Made by a program: the position numbers and the translations under genes
Source of the DNA: Bacillus phage vB_BsuM-Goe21
Sequence record: OM728297.1
Length of the DNA stretch: 40,000 nt
Strand: one strand, 5' to 3'
Shown: piece after piece, positions 35,360-40,000 of the stretch
Numbering within the stretch: the stretch's first letter is position 1
How the letters are laid out: each line of letters begins with the position of its first letter
Notes under the pieces: generated by a model
Databases searched by the model: none
Seen by the model: only the letters and a program-made list of their open reading frames with translations
Told to the model about the DNA's origin: nothing

Positions 35360-36157
35360 ATGATTAAACAAGGTAACGTTAGAGTTTTTGACTCTTCACT
35401 GGCGCAACAGCAATCATTCTTCACTGGTGGCTTAAATCTCAAACAACTAGCTTTTGACCCATTGGTTACTGGTTATGCGTTTATTGTTTGGACTAAATTA
35501 CCAAAATGGATTGTCCAAGAATATCCGGGATTCAAAGCTATGACAGAGAAGAACTTTAAAGGATTCACTGGTCTAGAAGATATGGAACTTCAGACACAAC
35601 AATACCAATATGGTTTTGCTAACAATGATTATAATGTTGCGGCTGGTATTACTAAAAATAACACTGAATTCACTCTTCGTCATCAAGAGTATTCTGGTAG
35701 TCCTATTAAAAATATGTATCAGTTCTGGGTTTCTTCTATTTCAGATCCAGAGACAGGTATTGCAACATATCCAAAAGTATATGGAATGGAATATGCGGCT
35801 AAAAACCATACTGGCGAGTTAATGTACATTGTTACACGTCCTGACGTTAATAATACTGAAAAGAGAAATATTGAGCAAGCCGTATACTATACTAATGTAA
35901 TGCCTAAGCGTATTCCATTATCTCACTTTGATTATACTCAAGGTGAACATAACCTAGTTGAGCTTGAAATTCCATTTAGTGGTAATATGCATATTTCTTC
36001 TAAAGTAGATAACTATGCTAAGAAACTTCTTGCTACTACTTACTCCTTTGTTACTGCTGGTCTATTTGATCCAGAAAAAGCTAATGTTGGTGGACGTTAT
36101 CTTTCTGAATTTAATAATAGTGCTGGTAGCGTACAACAAGGTCTTGGTGATATTTAA
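35360..36157 (+). CDS. Tail tube protein
   Basis: Directly after sheath; ~265 aa; gp19-like context and composition. Confidence 0.75.
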   Translation: MIKQGNVRVFDSSLAQQQSFFTGGLNLKQLAFDPLVTGYAFIVWTKLPKWIVQEYPGFKAMTEKNFKGFTGLEDMELQTQQYQYGFANNDYNVAAGITKNNTEFTLRHQEYSGSPIKNMYQFWVSSISDPETGIATYPKVYGMEYAAKNHTGELMYIVTRPDVNNTEKRNIEQAVYYTNVMPKRIPLSHFDYTQGEHNLVELEIPFSGNMHISSKVDNYAKKLLATTYSFVTAGLFDPEKANVGGRYLSEFNNSAGSVQQGLGDI

Positions 36158-36163
36158 TAATAA

Positions 36164-36201
36164 AATAAAAGCATATATCTTAATTGATATATGCTTTTAT
36201 T
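36164..36201. terminator. Bidirectional terminator
   Basis: AATAAAAGCATATATC / GATATATGCTTTTATT between convergent tube and portal genes. Confidence 0.9.
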
Positions 36202-36208
36202 CTTTAAA

Positions 36209-38422
36209 TTAGAATCCTCCTCCTAAGTCTCCTCCATCGCCTTCAGAATTATTTGTCTTAAGGGCATTTTCAGTAGAATCCATTAGAGCATCTTCGTATA
36301 ATCTATCCATTAGATCCCAATCAATATTTGGAATCATTTGTCTAACAATTTTCTTCTTAAAACTAGTCTTTTTAGATGTATCTGCATCTGTTTCGTCTAT
36401 ATAGGATGATGTAATAAAATCAACCGTTTGACTAGCATTAGAAATCTGATCATTAATATTAGTCAGATTAAGAGATATTGGAGGTGGAAATAATACTTCA
36501 ATATCATTAACATCAATATAATCTTGACTATCTTTTTTCTTCTTTCCATTATCTTTATCTTTTCTATTATCATTTAAATGATATTCATTGCGATATAATA
36601 TTCTAATTAATTCTGAAAAGCTCTCAGAGAATGATGCTTGATCTGATACAATAGTTCTTACAAATGTAGAGTTTTGCATAACAAGTGATCTAGCAAAATC
36701 AACATCTTGAGAAGCATCAATATAGTTAGCAGGTACTCCTGTACCATTTACTGCTGACTTTAATAAGAATTGAAGGAAATCACTATCTGCATCCACATCC
36801 ATACCACTCAATGTATCAAAGTCCAAAGGTTTTTCTCCATCTATAAGAGGAATATAGTAGTCATCAAATACTCCAATACTATTTAGAATTGTAGAGACGC
36901 TTTTTAGAATATCTGTCTGAATTTCTTTTGACTTAATATCTTTAACTACTCCTTGAATAGCACCTTCAATATCAGCATCTAATCCGGTTTCAACATATAC
37001 CAAACGTTTATCTCTACCACGAGAGATCTTTTGCATTAATTCTGTAATCAAAGTAGCAAGATATAATTTAGCAAAGAACAGACTTCTTGCTAATTTTGAT
37101 TGTCCATATAATTCATCACTATCAGTCATAAAATGTACTACTTCATCTGGTGCTAGGTAGGTAATCTTAACTTTCTTTTCAGTGATATATTTTTCCTTTA
37201 ATAACGCATAGATATAGTCTTTGAATTCTTTATTATCTTTAATGAATTCATTATCTATCTTTTTTGAAATCCCTTTAATAAACACATTGGCAATAATTTC
37301 TTCTCTATCCTTATGATTTGATTGCTCAATATCTACTCTTGAATTAAAGAAATCACTAATTGCTGTTGTACCTGAACCCTGTGTTGCAATCTCATCTGTC
37401 TTCTCAATATGAATATAACCAAAATTTATTCCATCTACTTCAAGTTTAATAACATTTTCAGGTGAAAGCATTCTTATAATAGAACCCTTAATACCAAAAT
37501 GTGTAAACTCATCCTCATCATTTTCCTTATTTTTCTTTTTATTTAATTGAGATAATCCATCCGCAGATAAGTTAAGTAAAGATTTTCTTGGATCATCTTC
37601 ATAATCAATATTATTATTTATAACACTTGAGATTTCTGATTTAATCTGATTATAATTATACTCTGATTTCTCATTCAAATTAGTTTCGAAAAGCATTTTT
37701 AAATCTTTATCATCAATATCTTCTTTCATGATAAATCTAGAATTTTGCTGTTCCTCATTATTTGAGTTAAATAAATCCTTATTATCTTCAGTCAATAGCA
37801 TTTTATTAAATTCTTCATCATATCTTAATACTGCAACAAAATAATCACCAAGCGTTAATGCTTTTCTTATAATATTCTTTGCTCTCTTATTTAATTTATA
37901 TTTTTTAACGAGAAAATTAGTATTCTTTATAACATCATTACTTAATTCATCTTTTACTTTATCTGATTTATAACGGATATTTAAAGAGTCTTTAGTCAAA
38001 TCATCTGGTGACATAATACTATCTCTATAAACATTAATACACTCAGCTAATTGAGGAATATAAGAGTAGATAATACTATAATCACTATATCTAGAGATTC
38101 TTTCTTTTTCAAAACCCATTAATTGTGATAAATTCTCTTTGGATAAGACTTTTTCTAACTGACCTTTATCAAATTTCTTCTTAGGTTTTTCTCCACTCAT
38201 ATTAGCATCATTATTAAATTCAGATGCATTTAGAAAGTCCATCATATTTGGAGTAGTATAAGATTTATTTTGATCTATAATCTTATTAATAGAGTTAGAT
38301 ATTTCTTTTGTATCGTTCTCGAAATTATCAGATGTATCAGTACCAAAGATCTGATTATTTATCTTATGTTCTAAACCATCAATTTTTCCTCTTGGATCTG
38401 CCATTTCATCACCTTTTTCCAT
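36209..38422 (-). CDS. Portal protein (T4 gp20-like)
   Basis: YLAPDEVVHFMTDSDELYGQSKLARSLFFAKLYLATLITELMQKISRGRDKRLVYVETG...DFLQFLLKSAVNGTGVPANYIDASQDVDFARSLVMQNSTFVR; typical of gp20-type portals. Confidence 0.88.
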   Translation of the reverse strand: MEKGDEMADPRGKIDGLEHKINNQIFGTDTSDNFENDTKEISNSINKIIDQNKSYTTPNMMDFLNASEFNNDANMSGEKPKKKFDKGQLEKVLSKENLSQLMGFEKERISRYSDYSIIYSYIPQLAECINVYRDSIMSPDDLTKDSLNIRYKSDKVKDELSNDVIKNTNFLVKKYKLNKRAKNIIRKALTLGDYFVAVLRYDEEFNKMLLTEDNKDLFNSNNEEQQNSRFIMKEDIDDKDLKMLFETNLNEKSEYNYNQIKSEISSVINNNIDYEDDPRKSLLNLSADGLSQLNKKKNKENDEDEFTHFGIKGSIIRMLSPENVIKLEVDGINFGYIHIEKTDEIATQGSGTTAISDFFNSRVDIEQSNHKDREEIIANVFIKGISKKIDNEFIKDNKEFKDYIYALLKEKYITEKKVKITYLAPDEVVHFMTDSDELYGQSKLARSLFFAKLYLATLITELMQKISRGRDKRLVYVETGLDADIEGAIQGVVKDIKSKEIQTDILKSVSTILNSIGVFDDYYIPLIDGEKPLDFDTLSGMDVDADSDFLQFLLKSAVNGTGVPANYIDASQDVDFARSLVMQNSTFVRTIVSDQASFSESFSELIRILYRNEYHLNDNRKDKDNGKKKKDSQDYIDVNDIEVLFPPPISLNLTNINDQISNASQTVDFITSSYIDETDADTSKKTSFKKKIVRQMIPNIDWDLMDRLYEDALMDSTENALKTNNSEGDGGDLGGGF

Positions 38423-38460
38423 TTCAACATTATAATTAAATGTTTTTCTTTATGAAAAAA

Positions 38461-38494
38461 ATAAAAAAAATAAAGCATGTAAACATGCTTTATT
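38461..38494 (-). terminator. Intrinsic terminator for the 38490-39206 gene
   Basis: AATAAAGCATGT / ACATGCTTTATT with T run on the minus strand. Confidence 0.9.
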
Positions 38495-39206
38495 CTGCTA
38501 TATCAGTAATAAGTATATACTGTTTTACCTCAATATTATTTGAAGGAACAATAATCTCGATAATATAGAGATTTTCATCTGAATTATAATCATATAATTT
38601 AAAATAGATATCTTGTTTAGATGTCTTAGTACCTTTGAATCCAACTAAAAATTTCTTATTATAAATTATTCTAATATAGCTATCATCATCTTCTAATTTT
38701 TCATCTATAGTACAATTACCAGTATTAGGGTAGAAATAAATAGAAAATGGTGAATTCTTATATTCTTTTATTACCTCAGTTTGATCGCTATTTAATTGAA
38801 ACTCTCCTAATAACTTATAGTTTTCTATCTTAAATCTATTAGAATCATCAATAAATTCATATTTTTGTTCTACTAAAGGTACGTTAGTGTTAAATTCAAT
38901 GTAATTATTATCTATTCTTACTTCAGTTATATTATTCTTATATTCTTTAAAGAAGGCATAATAATCAGATCCCCTAATGGAAAATCTACAATTATTAATT
39001 ATATCTTCTAAAAATGCATTCTTTTTAGAATAGACAGGATAAGCAGTAATATAAGGAGTTAGTTGTTCATGACCATTAGCAATTATAACTCCATTAATGT
39101 AGTTATAATGTTCTCTACTATTATGTACCTTTTTCATATATTGATTAAGGTCATTAAGCAGTTTACAAAATTCTTTAACCTCATTCGCATCAGATAATAC
39201 AATCAT
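38490..39206 (-). CDS. Hypothetical protein
   Basis: Long minus-strand ORF with GGAG SD. Confidence 0.75.
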   Translation of the reverse strand: MIVLSDANEVKEFCKLLNDLNQYMKKVHNSREHYNYINGVIIANGHEQLTPYITAYPVYSKKNAFLEDIINNCRFSIRGSDYYAFFKEYKNNITEVRIDNNYIEFNTNVPLVEQKYEFIDDSNRFKIENYKLLGEFQLNSDQTEVIKEYKNSPFSIYFYPNTGNCTIDEKLEDDDSYIRIIYNKKFLVGFKGTKTSKQDIYFKLYDYNSDENLYIIEIIVPSNNIEVKQYILITDIAE

Positions 39207-39259
39207 ATTATCACTCCTATTATAATAATTCCAGTAGATAAATTCTACTGGAATTATAT

Positions 39260-39544
39260 TTATTTATCTTTCCATTGAAGTCCAATATTTAAATTCACTT
39301 GTTTAGGTTTTAAGATAGTTATTGAATCCCAGTTTAAACCAAATTTAAACTCTTCTTTATTTGAAAATACTTTTACATTCAAATTTTTTAAGTTAACTAG
39401 AAATATTCTACTTGTACAACTATCATAATTTATCATCCATGCCATATCATCATCTCTTACAAGGAAATAGCCGTCACTAATATCTTTAAATTTTAATTTT
39501 TTTGGTTCGTCTTTAGTAATTTTTAACTGAATTGACATACTCAT
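39260..39544 (-). CDS. Hypothetical protein
   Basis: ORF with GGGAG SD. Confidence 0.7.
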   Translation of the reverse strand: MSMSIQLKITKDEPKKLKFKDISDGYFLVRDDDMAWMINYDSCTSRIFLVNLKNLNVKVFSNKEEFKFGLNWDSITILKPKQVNLNIGLQWKDK

Positions 39545-39551
39545 TCTCCCT

Positions 39552-39767
39552 TTAATAGTCCTCTATCGGTTCACCTTCATAAAATCTAAAATATTCTGTA
39601 GCATAGGTTTCATAGAGACCTTTATCATTAGTAATAATAATTTGATTTACACCAGCATTTTCATGCACTAAATAAACTTTATTTCTAGTTAAATTAAATT
39701 CAGAAGTCTCAGCTACTACCAAATCGAGATCATTTACCGGTTTATTGTAACAATTTCCTTTTTTCAT
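39552..39767 (-). CDS. Hypothetical small protein
   Basis: ORF with GAGGG SD. Confidence 0.65.
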   Translation of the reverse strand: MKKGNCYNKPVNDLDLVVAETSEFNLTRNKVYLVHENAGVNQIIITNDKGLYETYATEYFRFYEGEPIEDY

Positions 39768-39777
39768 AATGTATCCC

Positions 39778-39987
39778 TCATTTACTTGTTATCTGTTCTT
39801 TATTTTTAACTTGAGATTTCTTTAGACGCTTATTTTGGTGTTCTAATAAGTTATTATGACTGTTAATCCTAATATTCTCATTTGATAAGTATTCAGTTTT
39901 TGTCCGTTCTTCATTATATTTATCCATTAAACTTCGATATTTGTATAATAACGAAAAAGCAGCAACATTAACTATCACAAATTCCAC
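39778..39987 (-). CDS. Small membrane plus coiled-coil protein
   Basis: Hydrophobic N-terminus then charged helical tail; AGGAGT SD near window end. Confidence 0.65.
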   Translation of the reverse strand: MEFVIVNVAAFSLLYKYRSLMDKYNEERTKTEYLSNENIRINSHNNLLEHQNKRLKKSQVKNKEQITSK

Positions 39988-40000
39988 TCCTAGAAATACC

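Noticed and set aside
35610-36212. Plus-strand ORFs overlapping the tube gene
   Set aside because: Alternate frames of the tube CDS; 36015-36212 also runs through the terminator.
1-40000. CRISPR arrays, tRNA genes, transposases
   Set aside because: No regularly spaced direct repeats, cloverleaf-like sequences with CCA/T-loop, or transposase motifs recognised by eye; a tRNAscan/CRISPR-finder run would be needed to be certain.

Overview
AT-rich (~30% G+C by eye) window from what looks like a large (jumbo) contractile-tailed phage of a low-GC Gram-positive host, probably Bacillales. Identifications come from reading the translated ORFs; no database search was run. Recognisable genes: a holin-like membrane protein, an AAA+ ATPase, a RecA/UvsX-like ATPase, both halves of a split RNA polymerase beta subunit, a macro-domain protein, a YdbC/PC4-like protein, an NAD-dependent DNA ligase (LigA), an HU-like protein, a T4 gp21-like prohead protease, a major capsid protein, an M48-like membrane metallopeptidase, the large terminase, a tail sheath, a tail tube and a portal. 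Many small proteins remain unassigned. Strongest leads: (1) beta is split into two genes about 8.9 kb apart, with the C-terminal half encoded upstream of the N-terminal half; (2) a minus-strand protein combines a sigma region-4-like HTH with an RNAP alpha-CTD-like helix-hairpin-helix; (3) several virion candidates share N-terminal LLLxE / FLLKE(G) motifs next to a T4-type prohead protease; (4) an ADP-ribosyltransferase-like ORF and a macro-domain ORF lie in the same early region; (5) non-coding elements include a 26-bp perfect palindrome, a Shine-Dalgarno plus AUG-UAA start-stop element, a stem-loop ahead of the capsid gene, and a dense set of (often bidirectional) intrinsic terminators. No tRNA, CRISPR array or transposon was recognised.
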